Assembly (NCBI GenBank): GCA_963784835.1
Contig: CAWASM010000001.1
Span: 200,926 to 264,925 of the forward strand
Source of the DNA: an uncultured Actinomycetes bacterium
GTDB lineage: Bacteria > Actinomycetota > Thermoleophilia > RBG-16-64-13
Length of the DNA: 64,000 bases
Direction: 5' to 3'
In this document: positions 12,255 through 29,459 of the stretch, piece by piece
Numbering within the stretch: position 1 is the stretch's first letter
Layout of the letters: the number at the start of each line of letters is the position of its first letter
Notes under the pieces: generated by a model
Databases searched by the model: none
The model's input: only the letters and a program-made list of their open reading frames with translations
Told to the model about the DNA's origin: nothing
Translations under genes and position numbers: made by a program

Positions 12255-12626
12255 CTACTTGCCCATTTTCGCGCCGTACTTGGAGCGGCCATGTTTGCGA
12301 TTGGCCACCCCAGCGGAGTCAAGAGCGGCTCGAATGATCTTGTAGCGGACCCCAGGAAGGTCTCTGACCCTGCCGCCCCGGATGAGCACTACCGAGTGCT
12401 CCTGCAGGTTGTGTCCGATGCCGGGGATGTAAGCGGTGACTTCCATGCCGTTGACCAGCCGCACGCGCGCGACTTTCCTGAGGGCCGAGTTGGGCTTCTT
12501 GGGCGTGGTCGTATACACACGCGTGCACACGCCCCGCTTCTGCGGCGCGCCTTTGAGGGCAGGGGTCTTGCTCCTCTTGGACTGAGCCTGCCGCCCTTTG
12601 CGGATCAACTGGTTGATCGTCGGCAC
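12255..12626 (-). CDS. rpsL: 30S ribosomal protein S12
   Basis: 123-aa intact [16 protein letters not shown]... Confidence 0.95.
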   Translation of the reverse strand: MPTINQLIRKGRQAQSKRSKTPALKGAPQKRGVCTRVYTTTPKKPNSALRKVARVRLVNGMEVTAYIPGIGHNLQEHSVVLIRGGRVRDLPGVRYKIIRAALDSAGVANRKHGRSKYGAKMGK

Positions 12627-12761
12627 ACATGCTCCTAGTCTCTAAATCCGCTGTTTGTCATGAATCGTCGCCCAAGCAGGCGCAATCCAACTCGCCTGGC
12701 CCTGCGGCGACCGCGAAGTATAGCAAAGCCCCGTGGGGCCTACAAGAAGCTTTCCCACGCG

Positions 12762-13096
12762 CTAAGACTCCTTCGCCGCGGGGATGTCCTCTTCGAGATC
12801 CTCTTCGAGATCCCCCTCGAGAGGCATCGCCACCACCTAGCAGGTCGTCCTGGGCGTCGTCCAGCCCGGTGTCACCCGTGCCCAGAAGCTCCTCGCCCTC
12901 TTCCTCGTCAGCCTGCTCGTCGCCCAGCAGAGCCCAGCCCTTCTCGGCCAGCCGCACCCGGATCTCCTCCAGGCTCTTCTGACCCAAGCCGGGGACTGCC
13001 ATGAACTCCTTGATGGTGTGACCCACCAGATCGCTGACTCGCTCGATGCCCGCTCTGCTCAGCACCGAGTGGACGTAGGTGGGAAGATCGAGGTCA

Positions 13097-13107
<11 letters not shown>
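12762..13107 (-). CDS. RNA polymerase alpha-subunit C-terminal-domain-like (HhH) protein with an acidic tail. One frame break near 12830. May instead be the C-terminus of beta-prime.
   Basis: [58 protein letters not shown] matches the alpha-CTD pattern LDLSVRSYNCLKRAGI..V.DL......L..V.NLG.KSLEE.K.KL.E.G. The tail [11 protein letters not shown]...DDAQDDLL continues in a shifted frame as [20 protein letters not shown], with stop at 12762-12764. Confidence 0.7.
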
Positions 13108-17128
<4,021 letters not shown>

Positions 17129-17137
17129 GGGACGCTC

Positions 17138-20900
<3,763 letters not shown>

Positions 20901-21085
20901 AGGGGATCACTCCTCACAAGCCGGGTTTTTGCACAGGTTCAGCGCGCAACCATGCATGATAACACGAGCATGGCATGCGCGGCCAGCCCAGCCCCGACCG
21001 TATCCCGAGGGATCAGCGAGGCTGGGCGGCAAGCTCGCCGGCGGGGGCGCCGCGCTCCACACGGCACCCCTCCGACGCGATGTGA

Positions 21086-21460
21086 CTACTTGACTTCTAC
21101 GTCGGCCCCGGCCTCTTCGAGCTTCGTCTTGATGGCTTCGGCCTCGGCCTTGGGGATGCCCTGCTTGACCGGGTTGGGGGCGCCGTCGACCAGGTCCTTG
21201 GCTTCCTTCAGGCCCAGGCCGGTGATGGCGCGCACTTCTTTGATGACGTTGATCTTCTTCTCGCCGGCAGCCTTGAGGATGACGTCGAACTCGGTCTGCT
21301 CTTCTTCTTCCACGGCGGCGGCGGCGGCAGCCGGGGCGGCGGCGGCGGCCATCGGTACGGCGGCGCTCACGCCGAATTCCTCTTCGAGGGCCTTGACCAG
21401 AGCGGCCAGGTCGAGGACCGACATCTTCTTGATCTCTTCGATTATCTTGTCAGCGGGCAT
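21086..21460 (-). CDS. rplL: 50S ribosomal protein L7/L12
   Basis: 124-aa ORF with an Ala-rich hinge and [11 protein letters not shown]. Confidence 0.95.
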   Translation of the reverse strand: MPADKIIEEIKKMSVLDLAALVKALEEEFGVSAAVPMAAAAAPAAAAAAVEEEEQTEFDVILKAAGEKKINVIKEVRAITGLGLKEAKDLVDGAPNPVKQGIPKAEAEAIKTKLEEAGADVEVK

Positions 21461-21572
21461 ATCTGTTCGACTCCTTCTGTTGCTTCGCGTCTCTTCGCGT
21501 TGACCGTTCCTACTACGTGAACCCTGGTGACGCCGCCGGCCGTGGCCGAAGCGCCCCAGTATCGCCGCCTAC

Positions 21573-22097
21573 CTAGGCGGCGTTGGCCTTGCTCTGCTGC
21601 ACCTGGGCCAATACGACCACCAGCCCGCGGATAGGGCCGTTCAACACTGTCACCAGTCCCCTCAGAGGCGCGGCGATGGTGCCCATCAACTGGGCGATGA
21701 GCACATCGCGGCTGGGCAGCGTGGCCAGCTTCTCCACATCGGCTGTGGCCAGCAACGAACTGTTCAGCTTGCCCCCACGGATGGTGGCCTTCTTCTTCTC
21801 CTTGATGAAGTCCTGGATCACCTTGGCCACCCGCAGGGGGTCGCCGTGGCAGTAGGCGATGGCGGTGGGCCCGGCGAGAAGCTCAGTGAGCCCCTCCACG
21901 CCGGCATCGGCCGCCGCGATCTTGGCCAGGGTGTTCTTGACCACCTTGAGGGTGGCGTCGGCCTTCGCCAGACGGGCCCGCAACTCTGTGGACTCAGCGA
22001 AGGTCAGCCCGCGATAGTCCACGAAGTAGTAGACATCGGTGGCCTTGAGATCAGCGGTGATCTCCTTGACTGCTGCGATCTTGTCCGGTCTTGGCAT
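21573..22097 (-). CDS. rplJ: 50S ribosomal protein L10
   Basis: ORF 21573..22130. Likely start is the ATG at 22097 (MPRPDKIAAVKEI...), preceded by AGAGGAGG. Confidence 0.9.
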   Translation of the reverse strand: MPRPDKIAAVKEITADLKATDVYYFVDYRGLTFAESTELRARLAKADATLKVVKNTLAKIAAADAGVEGLTELLAGPTAIAYCHGDPLRVAKVIQDFIKEKKKATIRGGKLNSSLLATADVEKLATLPSRDVLIAQLMGTIAAPLRGLVTVLNGPIRGLVVVLAQVQQSKANAA

Positions 22098-22285
22098 ACT
22101 TAAGTCACCTCCTCTAACAAAAATGTCCACCTCCAGAAGCAGAGGCGGACGATGACTTCACAGGCTCTCTCGAGCCGCTAAGCCGGTCTCACTCTACCTC
22201 GGCTGGCGGGTCGGCCTTGAACCCGTTCCACTTCTGCCGCAGTGGCGGCACCAGCTGTCTTTGGCGGATAGCGCCGGGGAGTATA
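22098..22285 (-). promoter_or_regulatory. putative rplJ (L10) leader with a possible promoter (TATACT -10 near 22280)
   Basis: About 190 nt of untranslated, GC-rich, stem-forming sequence directly upstream of rplJ, where L10-leader autoregulatory RNAs are found in many bacteria. Not folded or matched to a covariance model. Confidence 0.35.
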
Positions 22286-22603
22286 GCATGGGGGGCGTTG
22301 GCTGCGGCAAGGAGCGACAGCGACGACGACCGGCGTGGCCGCAGGCTCGCGAGAGCGCCTTCTCCGGACCCCGTAGCGCTGAAGCCGGGACCCGCACATG
22401 GACTTCATGACGCCTCAGCTGAGAGCATCTCCACAAAGAAGAGATAAGGTCAGGCAGTGGAACTCGCCCAGCAGGTGGAGGCCCTCCGTTGCTCTCGACA
22501 CTGGTAGCATCAGTATTGACGACGGGTGTGTGTCCATTTCGTGCCCGGAACATCAGCGAGCGCCCGAACGGAGTTGTGACAGAATCGCCTTGAAAGACTC
22601 TGT

Positions 22604-23799
22604 ATGATCGGAGGCAGTGGACTTCTCGCCGGCGCAGGTTTGGTGTTTCTTGGCGTCGCTGTAGCCACTCTGGGTATCTGGTTCATCTTCCTCGTCCCAT
22701 CGGTCTTCTACCTCAAGACCATCGACCGCGTTCTCAGACGAGACGGCTCGGCCGATTCGATGGAGAATCCGCCTCGAGTTTGGCTGGAACTTGTGCCTTG
22801 TTGTTTGGTCTCTTCTGGCGACTCCGCACAGGCCGCAGGCTGGACGCTTGGCTTTCGCGCAACGGCGAGGCCGATGAGCCGACCGCCAGGTTCGTCGGCC
22901 AACGGCGGCTGTGGTGGTCATCTGTTTCTCGGGTGACAGCTTGTCTCGTTCTCGCAGCGTTCGCCTGGCTCGTGTTGGCACGCGCCTCGACCTTGGCGGG
23001 TTCGGATTCTGAGTCGCTTGTGGCCGGTGTTTCTTGTGCGTTCCTGTTTCTACTCGGACTGGACCTGTGGCTCTGGGCTACCTATTGGAGCTGCATCTCA
23101 AAGGCGTACCAAGGAGCGCCGATTGAGGACTACCTGCTGGTATCGGTTTCGGGCCAGGGTTGCTCCTGTCTGGCTGCCATCTCGGCGTCACCCGAAACCG
23201 TGATGGAAGCATGCAGAGACTGGGCCCGCGACCTCCGATGGTACGAGGCACCCGGACCCGAAGGGTTCGTCTTCGGGCTATACGGACGGTTCCATCCCAA
23301 CTATTGGCTGGGACTCAACCCGAGAATGGCAGTGCAAGCCAACCCGAAGGATGGTCAAGCGGAGGCGTCCTTTGTGTTGACTTCGGCTTGGGAATACTTT
23401 GTCGCCGACCGGAAGAGGATGTGCGAGACATTCGCGCGCGGAGTCTGCTCGGATCTGGCCCTGCGCGGCTGCGTTGTTTCTCCTCCCGAGCTCGCGGTGC
23501 CATACCAAGACAGGGGCCATCTGAGGAGAGTCGTCCCCTGGCGGTCTCGTATCCAGTTGACACTGGCTATGTTCGGACTTGTGGTGCTGGCAGCCTACGT
23601 CCTGTCATCTGTCACCATGGGAGGGGACGGCTACTTGCCAGCACTCGCAGGCGCGTTCTTTGTCCTTAGCCTCATGTTCGCCGGCGACTTGACACTCCTC
23701 AGATCTGTGGGTGCACACAACGTTGCCGGACTGCTAGTCGTACCCCCAACTATTGCGGCTGCACTGGCTCTAACCGTAGTGGCCTTCTACTACTCCTAG
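22604..23799 (+). CDS. hypothetical multi-pass membrane protein (possibly two pieces joined by a frame break near 22790)
   Basis: ORF 22604..22936 starts with a hydrophobic helix (MIGGSGLLAGAGLVFLGVAVATLGIWFIFLV). ORF 22780..23799 has further hydrophobic segments at both ends. Third-position GC is visibly lower than in neighbouring genes. I recognise no family. Confidence 0.45.
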
Positions 23800-23816
23800 C
23801 CTTCTACTACTCCTAG
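23783..23816 (+). repeat. perfect 17-bp tandem direct repeat (CCTTCTACTACTCCTAG x2)
   Basis: Read directly. The first copy contains the stop codon of ORF 22780..23799. Confidence 0.9.
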
Positions 23817-23876
23817 GTATCACAGAGGCCCATCTGGCGTCAGCGGCGCGGCCGCGCCCCTCCTGGTAGGGTCCAG

Positions 23877-23953
23877 CCTATCCCGATGTGCGCTTTCGCA
23901 GCGAGACGCGCACGGGTTGTACGCGCCGCGAAGAAAGCGTGCATCGGGATAGG
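23877..23953. repeat. long inverted repeat / hairpin (21-bp stem including 2 G-U pairs, about 35-nt loop)
   Basis: CCTATCCCGATGTGCGCTTTC ... GAAAGCGTGCATCGGGATAGG, between the convergent membrane-protein and antitoxin genes. Confidence 0.8.
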
Positions 23954-23999
23954 CCGTGCTCGCCGGTGAGTGGGGGCGCTGCCCCGCGCCCCCGTCGCC

Positions 24000-24317
24000 C
24001 TACGCGATGGCCCGCAGTCCCTTCGTCTCCACAATGGTGAGCAACCGCAAGGCAGGCCCGCCCGGCTTCTTGACCCCCCGCTCCCAATCGGAGACGAGGT
24101 TCTTCGACACGTTCAGATATCGGGCGAACACCGACTGCGAGAGATGCTCGCGTGTCCGGATGGCCGTAATCTCCTCGGGCGAGAGCACACGCACCGGGGT
24201 CAAGCAGGCCTCGTCGAACTCACGCATGGTCTGCTTGTCGATAGCGCCGATTTCGTGCAAGGCCTCCATGGTCTCGTGAATTGCGGCGAAGGCCTCGCCG
24301 CGGTATCTGTCACTCAC
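24000..24317 (-). CDS. HTH (XRE-like) antitoxin, COG2944/NadS-type
   Basis: GTG at 24317 overlaps the toxin stop (GTGA). Sequence SDRYRGEAFAAIHETMEALHEIGAIDKQTMREFDEACLTP...SQSVFARYLNVSKNLVSDWERGVKKPGGPALRLL. Confidence 0.8.
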   Translation of the reverse strand: MSDRYRGEAFAAIHETMEALHEIGAIDKQTMREFDEACLTPVRVLSPEEITAIRTREHLSQSVFARYLNVSKNLVSDWERGVKKPGGPALRLLTIVETKGLRAIA

Positions 24318-24684
24318 GTATAAACACCTCCTCCAACTCGCGCCGAACGGCCAGGGCGTCCAATTGATTGTCGCTGAGTGTGAGGACATGCGCGGCCATC
24401 CGCTTGAACCGCGCAAGTTCGTCGACGCCGATGCTGCGACGATCGCTCTTGGCAAATCCGTAGACGAACACCGCCCTCACTCTGGCCCGAACGAGAACAA
24501 TCACCCTGTATCCCCCTGACCGTCCCTGTCCGTCTCTCGCCAGCCGTTGCTTGATCACCCCGCCGCCCAGTCCCGCGTCCACCAAGCCGCGCTCAGCTCT
24601 GTCGACGGCCTCGCGCAGGATGTCATCGGAAATCCCGTTAGCGCGCGCGAAACGAACGAACCAAGCGGTCTTGAAGATTCGCAC
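24310..24684 (-). CDS. RelE-superfamily toxin (DUF1044/PF06296-like)
   Basis: MRIFKTAWFVRFARANGISDDILREAVDRAERGLVDAGLGGGVIKQRLARDGQGRSGGYRVIVLV...FVYGFAKSDRRSI matches the family pattern as I remember it. Translationally coupled to the antitoxin. Confidence 0.75.
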   Translation of the reverse strand: MRIFKTAWFVRFARANGISDDILREAVDRAERGLVDAGLGGGVIKQRLARDGQGRSGGYRVIVLVRARVRAVFVYGFAKSDRRSIGVDELARFKRMAAHVLTLSDNQLDALAVRRELEEVFIRE

Positions 24685-24814
24685 CCAGCGACTCCCATCC
24701 TATCACACCTAGTGTTATGGTGGGCACGTCTGTGCACACAGAGGGAGGATGGGGCTTCTTGAACGCTTCTGCCCTCCGGCTTCAGTTGGAGCTTGACAGC
24801 CGACGCCGTGCGGG

Positions 24815-24857
24815 ACAGAAACAACAAGGCGGCCCCGAGCAGAATCTCGGAGCCGCC
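24815..24857 (-). terminator. rho-independent terminator after rplA
   Basis: Minus strand: GGCGGCTCCGAG-ATTCTG-CTCGGGGCCGCC (11 of 12 bp paired), followed by TTGTTGTTTCTG. Confidence 0.7.
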
Positions 24858-24882
24858 AAATGAGCCGCGAAAGGCTGCGGAA

Positions 24883-25596
24883 CTAGGCCTCTTCGTCCAG
24901 CATGGCCCTGGTCTTCGAGGTGTCCAGCGGGACACCGGGGCCCATGGTGCTGGTCATGGTGATAGAGCGCAGGTACTTGCCCTTGGCCGCGGCAGGCTTG
25001 GCCCGAACGATCTCGCCCAGCACTTCGCCGTAGTTGGCCACCAGGTGCTCGGCGGGGAAGGACTTCTTGCCCACGATCAGGTGGATGACGCCGAACTTGT
25101 CGGTGCGGTACTCCACCTTGCCGGCCTTCATGTCCACGACGGCTTTGCCGATCTCAAAGGTCACCGTGCCGGCCTTGGGGTTAGGCATGAGGCCCCGGGG
25201 GCCCAGCACCCGGCCGAGCTTGCCGACCACGCCCATCATGTCGGGAGTGGCGATGCAGGCGTCGAAGTCCAGCATGCCGCCCTCGATCAAGGCGGCGAGG
25301 TCTTCGGCACCCACGATGTCGGCGCCGGCGGCTTCGGCCTCAGTGGCCTTCTCGCCCTTGGCAAAGACCGCCACCCGCACCGTCTTGCCGGTGCCGTGAG
25401 GCAGCATGCATGTGCCGCGCACCTGCTGATCGGCGTGCCTTGGGTTGACGCCCAGTTTGATGTGGACCTCCACGGTCTCGTCGAAGTTGGCCGTGGTCAG
25501 GCCCTTGAGGAGAGTGGCGGCCTCGAGCGGTTGGTAGATACGACCCACCTCGACGGCCTTCTTGGCTTCTTTGAAGCGCTTGGAATCCTTGCTCAT
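24883..25596 (-). CDS. rplA: 50S ribosomal protein L1
   Basis: 237-aa intact ORF. Confidence 0.95.
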   Translation of the reverse strand: MSKDSKRFKEAKKAVEVGRIYQPLEAATLLKGLTTANFDETVEVHIKLGVNPRHADQQVRGTCMLPHGTGKTVRVAVFAKGEKATEAEAAGADIVGAEDLAALIEGGMLDFDACIATPDMMGVVGKLGRVLGPRGLMPNPKAGTVTFEIGKAVVDMKAGKVEYRTDKFGVIHLIVGKKSFPAEHLVANYGEVLGEIVRAKPAAAKGKYLRSITMTSTMGPGVPLDTSKTRAMLDEEA

Positions 25597-25716
25597 CGTG
25601 ATACCTCCTGGTGGTCAGACGGGCCCCTCGGCCCTCCCACCTGTTGCCCCGATTTGTGCGGGGTTGTTCGTTACTGCCCGCTCACGCGGGCGTGTCGGCC
25701 GCTTCGCGGCAACCGT

Positions 25717-26142
25717 CTATTCCGCTATGGTGACGCCCATGCTGCGCGCCGTGCCTGCCAGGATGCTCATGGCCGCATCGATGTCGTGAGCGTTGAGGTC
25801 GGGCATCTTCACTTCGGCGATCTGCCGCAATTGCTCCTTGGTGATCTTGCCCACCTTCTCCTTGCGCGGGCTGCCACTGCCTTTGGCGATGCCGGCCGCG
25901 TTGCGGATGAGCACAGCGGCGGGTGCCGTCTTGAGGATGAACGTGAAGGAGCGGTCTTCGAAGACCGTCAGCTCCACGGGCACCACTTGCTCGATGCGGT
26001 CCTGGGTGGCCGCGTTGTAGGCCTTGCAGAACTCCATGATGTTCACGCCGTGCTGGCCCAGAGCGGGGCCGACCGGCGGCGCAGGGGTCGCTTTGCCCCC
26101 GACGATCTGCAACTTGACTATAGCCCGTATCTTCTTAGCCAC
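25717..26142 (-). CDS. rplK: 50S ribosomal protein L11
   Basis: 141-aa intact [43 protein letters not shown]... Confidence 0.95.
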   Translation of the reverse strand: MAKKIRAIVKLQIVGGKATPAPPVGPALGQHGVNIMEFCKAYNAATQDRIEQVVPVELTVFEDRSFTFILKTAPAAVLIRNAAGIAKGSGSPRKEKVGKITKEQLRQIAEVKMPDLNAHDIDAAMSILAGTARSMGVTIAE

Positions 26143-26200
26143 CTTGAATCTCCGTCTCTATCTGATATCCGTCTGCGCCCAGGGAGTCGGTGCAACCGAC

Positions 26201-26764
26201 CTAGATCTTCTTGACCTGTTCGAAGCCCAACTCGGTGGGTGTGTCGCGTCCGAAGATGGACACCATCACCTTGAGCTTGCTCTGCTCTATGTTGACCTCG
26301 GCCACCTCGCCGGTGAAATCGGTGAGCGGCCCGCTGACCACCCGCACCTGGTCGCCCACCACGAACTCGGCCTTAGCCTTGGGCTTCTCCACGGTGGAAG
26401 TGTGCAGGATGCGATCGACCTCTGCGGGCATGAGCGGGGTGGGCTTGTTTTCCGACCCGACGAAACCCGTGACTCCAGGAGTGTTCTTCACCAGCGACCA
26501 AGAGTCGTCGGTGAGGATCATCTTGACCAGGAGGTAGCCCGGGAAGATGCGCTTCTCGATCTGGATCTTCTCGCCGCCCTTTGTCTCTACCACCTGCTCG
26601 GTAGGCACCACGATCTCTTCGAAGTACTGCACTTGGTTCAGCGACTGGATGCGATGCTCCAGATTGGTGCGGGCCTTGTTCTCGTGGCCAGAGTAGGTGT
26701 TGATGACGTACCACTTTGAATCCATGGATGTGATCACCTCGGGGGTGGTGGTGTGCTCAGCCAT
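26201..26764 (-). CDS. nusG: transcription termination/antitermination factor NusG
   Basis: 187-aa intact ORF with WYVINTYSGHENK and a KOW region; sits between secE and rplK. Confidence 0.95.
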   Translation of the reverse strand: MAEHTTTPEVITSMDSKWYVINTYSGHENKARTNLEHRIQSLNQVQYFEEIVVPTEQVVETKGGEKIQIEKRIFPGYLLVKMILTDDSWSLVKNTPGVTGFVGSENKPTPLMPAEVDRILHTSTVEKPKAKAEFVVGDQVRVVSGPLTDFTGEVAEVNIEQSKLKVMVSIFGRDTPTELGFEQVKKI

Positions 26765-26767
26765 GGA

Positions 26768-27141
26768 TCATCCCAGGTTGACGGCGTGGACGATGGTAGT
26801 CCAGATGAAGTCGAACAATCCGATGAACGCTCCGGCGATGGCGACCGCGATGATCACCACTCCGGTGGACTTGAGGATCTCTTTGCGCGGCGGCCAAGTG
26901 ACTTTGCCCATCTCGATGCGCACTTCGCGAAGGAACGTGCGCACCCGGCCGCGAGGCTTGGTGCTGACTGCGCCCCGAGGACCTGCAGAGGCCGTGGAAC
27001 GCGCTGTGGAGGAGCGAGCGGAGCCGCGGCCGACCATGCCCGCCAGCCGCCCGGCCGGCTTGGCCTGGGCTTTCGGACGTTCACGGACTTCGGAGCCTTG
27101 CCCGCCTTGTCCACTGACTTATCGCTCTCTATCTTTGCCAT
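26768..27141 (-). CDS. secE: preprotein translocase subunit SecE (frame break near 27065)
   Basis: N-terminus MAKIESDKSVDKAGKAPKSVNVRKP in ORF 26854..27141. C-terminus in ORF 26768..27037 (...FLREVRIEMGKVTWPPRKEILKSTGVVIIAVAIAGAFIGLFDF). Confidence 0.85.
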
Positions 27142-27168
27142 CGCCTCGACTCTGCCGTTGGAGAAGAC

Positions 27169-27244
27169 TGGCAGGGCAGGAGGGATTCGAACCCCCGGCC
27201 GCCGGTTTTGGAGACCGATGCTCTACCAGCTGAGCTACTGCCCT
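27169..27244 (-). tRNA. tRNA-Trp (CCA), 3' CCA encoded
   Basis: Hand-folded cloverleaf AGGGCAGTAGCTCAGCTGGTAGAGCATCGGTCTCCAAAACCGG...GGTTCGAATCCCTCCTGCCCTGCCA. Confidence 0.9.
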
Positions 27245-27271
27245 ACGCTATACCTTCGATCCGCTACGGGA

Positions 27272-27421
27272 CTACTTGGTCTCTTTGTGGACCGTGACCG
27301 TATCACACCACTTGCAGTACTTACGCAGTTCGATCCGCTCGGGATCGTTGCGCTTATTCTTCATAGTGTTGTAGTTACGGCGCTTGCAGTCTTGGCAAGC
27401 CATCGTCACCCGAACCCGCAT
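27272..27421 (-). CDS. rpmG: 50S ribosomal protein L33 (Cys-containing form)
   Basis: 49 aa, below the ORF-track cutoff: [49 protein letters not shown]. Confidence 0.9.
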   Translation of the reverse strand: MRVRVTMACQDCKRRNYNTMKNKRNDPERIELRKYCKWCDTVTVHKETK

Positions 27422-27546
27422 TACTTCACCGCTTCCTAGTCATTGAAACGCCCGAGAATGCTACCACAAAGTCAAAGCGCGATACCCAAGGCTGCGAAGC
27501 CTCTGCCGCCGGAGGCAGCGCACAATGAGAAGTCTTTCTCAAGCTA

Positions 27547-27620
27547 TAGCGGCGAGAGGACTCGAACCTCTGACACGCGGATTATGATTCCGCTGCTCTG
27601 ACCAGCTGAGCTACGCCGCC
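27547..27620 (-). tRNA. tRNA-Met (CAT); CCA not encoded
   Basis: GGCGGCGTAGCTCAGCTGGTCAGAGCAGCGGAATCATAATCCGCG...GGTTCGAGTCCTCTCGCCGCTA. Cannot distinguish elongator Met from Ile2 by eye. Confidence 0.85.
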
Positions 27621-27626
27621 CCGTCA

Positions 27627-27701
<75 letters not shown>

Positions 27702-27752
27702 CCGCTGAGTCAGCCGGCCGCTGACCACCCTCCAGCCGCCGACGGGTCTATA

Positions 27753-27837
<85 letters not shown>

Positions 27838-27894
27838 ACGCGCAACACCCCGCGCTGAAGCGAACACGCATGATACCCAAAGGCCATGGCCGTT

Positions 27895-29214
27895 TCAAGA
27901 ATGGACGCTGCCCTCGCTGAGCACCCGAGGCACAGTGATGCTGGCCTCCTTCAGGAAGAGCACCTGAGCCTGCTTGCCCTGCTTGGCCAACGCGGCATCC
28001 ACAGCTTCCTGCACGCTCGCGAACGGGGTCATGAACATGGCGCCCACATCTGCGTCCTTGAGGGTGCTGACCATCCAGATCTCCGCTCGTTCCAGGATAG
28101 AAGCGATGCGGGCGGCCTGCTGCACCCCCAGCTTGTATTCCTCAAGACCGGCGCGCTCCAAAGCCTGGGCCGGTGAAGCCGAGGCCGCGAGCATGTCGAA
28201 CAGGGTCTGGTTCTCTCCCAGGCCGAAGGGGCACTCCGAGACCACGATGAGCACGCCCCCGTCCTTCACGGCCAGGGCTCCGCTCTGGATGGCCTTGTTG
28301 GTCTGATATAGGTTGCAGTCCATGGGATGCGGCGCCACCGCCACCACCACCTCGTAGGGGCGCTCGATCTCCAGGACGAACTGCCTGTCGGCCACGGCTA
28401 TGGCCCGTCTGAAGGTGTCGTCCAGGCCGCCCGCCGCCGCGAACCCCACGCGATGGTCCTTATCGAGCACCAACTGGATGGAGTAGATCTGCTTGCCGGC
28501 GATGCCGACCGCCATGGCTTCCTCGAGATCCTCGTGCACCGGGTTGCCAGCGAGGACCAGCGTCTCGGACCCGGCATCCATCGAAAGCTTGTGATTGGCC
28601 CATACGGTCTCGTAGCCGGCCAGCCCGGGGAACAACGACTTGCGCCCGCCCGTGTAGCCGGCGAAGTAGTGAGGCTCCACCGAGTTGATCAAGACCACGC
28701 TGCGGGCCTCGGCCAGAAGCCGGTTCACGTGGATCTCGGTGCCGCGGCTGGTGCGGCCCAGGTGGACCAACTGCCCTTTGTCCTTGGCGTCGTGGCAATG
28801 GATGCGACCGGCGTGGACGCGAGCCAAGTCGGCCCCGAAGAGGTGCTCTGTCTCGGCCGGGAGAGCCGCCCGATGCGTCCCGGTGGCGATGGCGAAGGAG
28901 AGCTGCCGGTCGGCGCCGTCACCCGCGCCACTCTGGTCGTCGCCGCGCAGCCATTCCTCCAACTGGGGCCGAAGGACGCGCAGCACCTCGGCCGATGGGG
29001 TGGGCCGGGTGGGGTCGTTTATCACTACGAGCAAGGGCGAAGGTGCCCCGGCCAGGAACTTGGCGAACTCCGCCCCGGGTTCGGTGATGGCCGCCCGCAG
29101 CACCGCTTCGGGGTCGGCGGCCCTCTCCACGTTGGCGCCCAGCACACCGGCCACCCGTCGGGAGTCGAGCTCGACCGGGGCGGTCCCGGTGCCCCAGGGC
29201 ACGTCTATGCGCAT
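27895..29214 (-). CDS. LarA-family (DUF2088) nickel-pincer-dependent racemase/epimerase-like protein
   Basis: 439-aa intact ORF. Family assignment by recognition of the overall LarA-like pattern (...INDPTRPTP..., ...HYFAGYTGGRKS...). Confidence 0.65.
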   Translation of the reverse strand: MRIDVPWGTGTAPVELDSRRVAGVLGANVERAADPEAVLRAAITEPGAEFAKFLAGAPSPLLVVINDPTRPTPSAEVLRVLRPQLEEWLRGDDQSGAGDGADRQLSFAIATGTHRAALPAETEHLFGADLARVHAGRIHCHDAKDKGQLVHLGRTSRGTEIHVNRLLAEARSVVLINSVEPHYFAGYTGGRKSLFPGLAGYETVWANHKLSMDAGSETLVLAGNPVHEDLEEAMAVGIAGKQIYSIQLVLDKDHRVGFAAAGGLDDTFRRAIAVADRQFVLEIERPYEVVVAVAPHPMDCNLYQTNKAIQSGALAVKDGGVLIVVSECPFGLGENQTLFDMLAASASPAQALERAGLEEYKLGVQQAARIASILERAEIWMVSTLKDADVGAMFMTPFASVQEAVDAALAKQGKQAQVLFLKEASITVPRVLSEGSVHS

Positions 29215-29459
29215 ACTTGCTCCTTGCCGCCGCGCGACTCAGCCGTCGCCCAGCCCGCGATCTGTTCGATCTCAGCCCATCCAGCCTAGCGCAGGCCTTG
29301 GCCCGGCGGCAAGACACGGGGCGGCCTCGGTGGGCACGGTGGCTCCGGGCACTGCGGCCCCGGCGGCGCCCGACGCCGCAGTGCCGGACGGCCGGCCCGG
29401 CCGGTTTCGCGATAGAATCGCTGCAATCAGCCGTCCGATCGCACGGGGGAGTCACAGCC

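Noticed and set aside
21290-21350. GCG/GCC-rich low-complexity run that looks like a microsatellite
   Set aside because: It encodes the Ala-rich flexible hinge of L7/L12 ([12 protein letters not shown]), a normal feature.
26143-26200. L1-binding autoregulatory leader upstream of rplK
   Set aside because: Only 58 nt are available and I could not identify the 23S-mimic structure by eye. The evidence is insufficient to call it.
24793-26214. 473-aa plus-strand ORF across the rplA-rplK region
   Set aside because: Antisense to two intact, highly conserved genes; shadow ORF.
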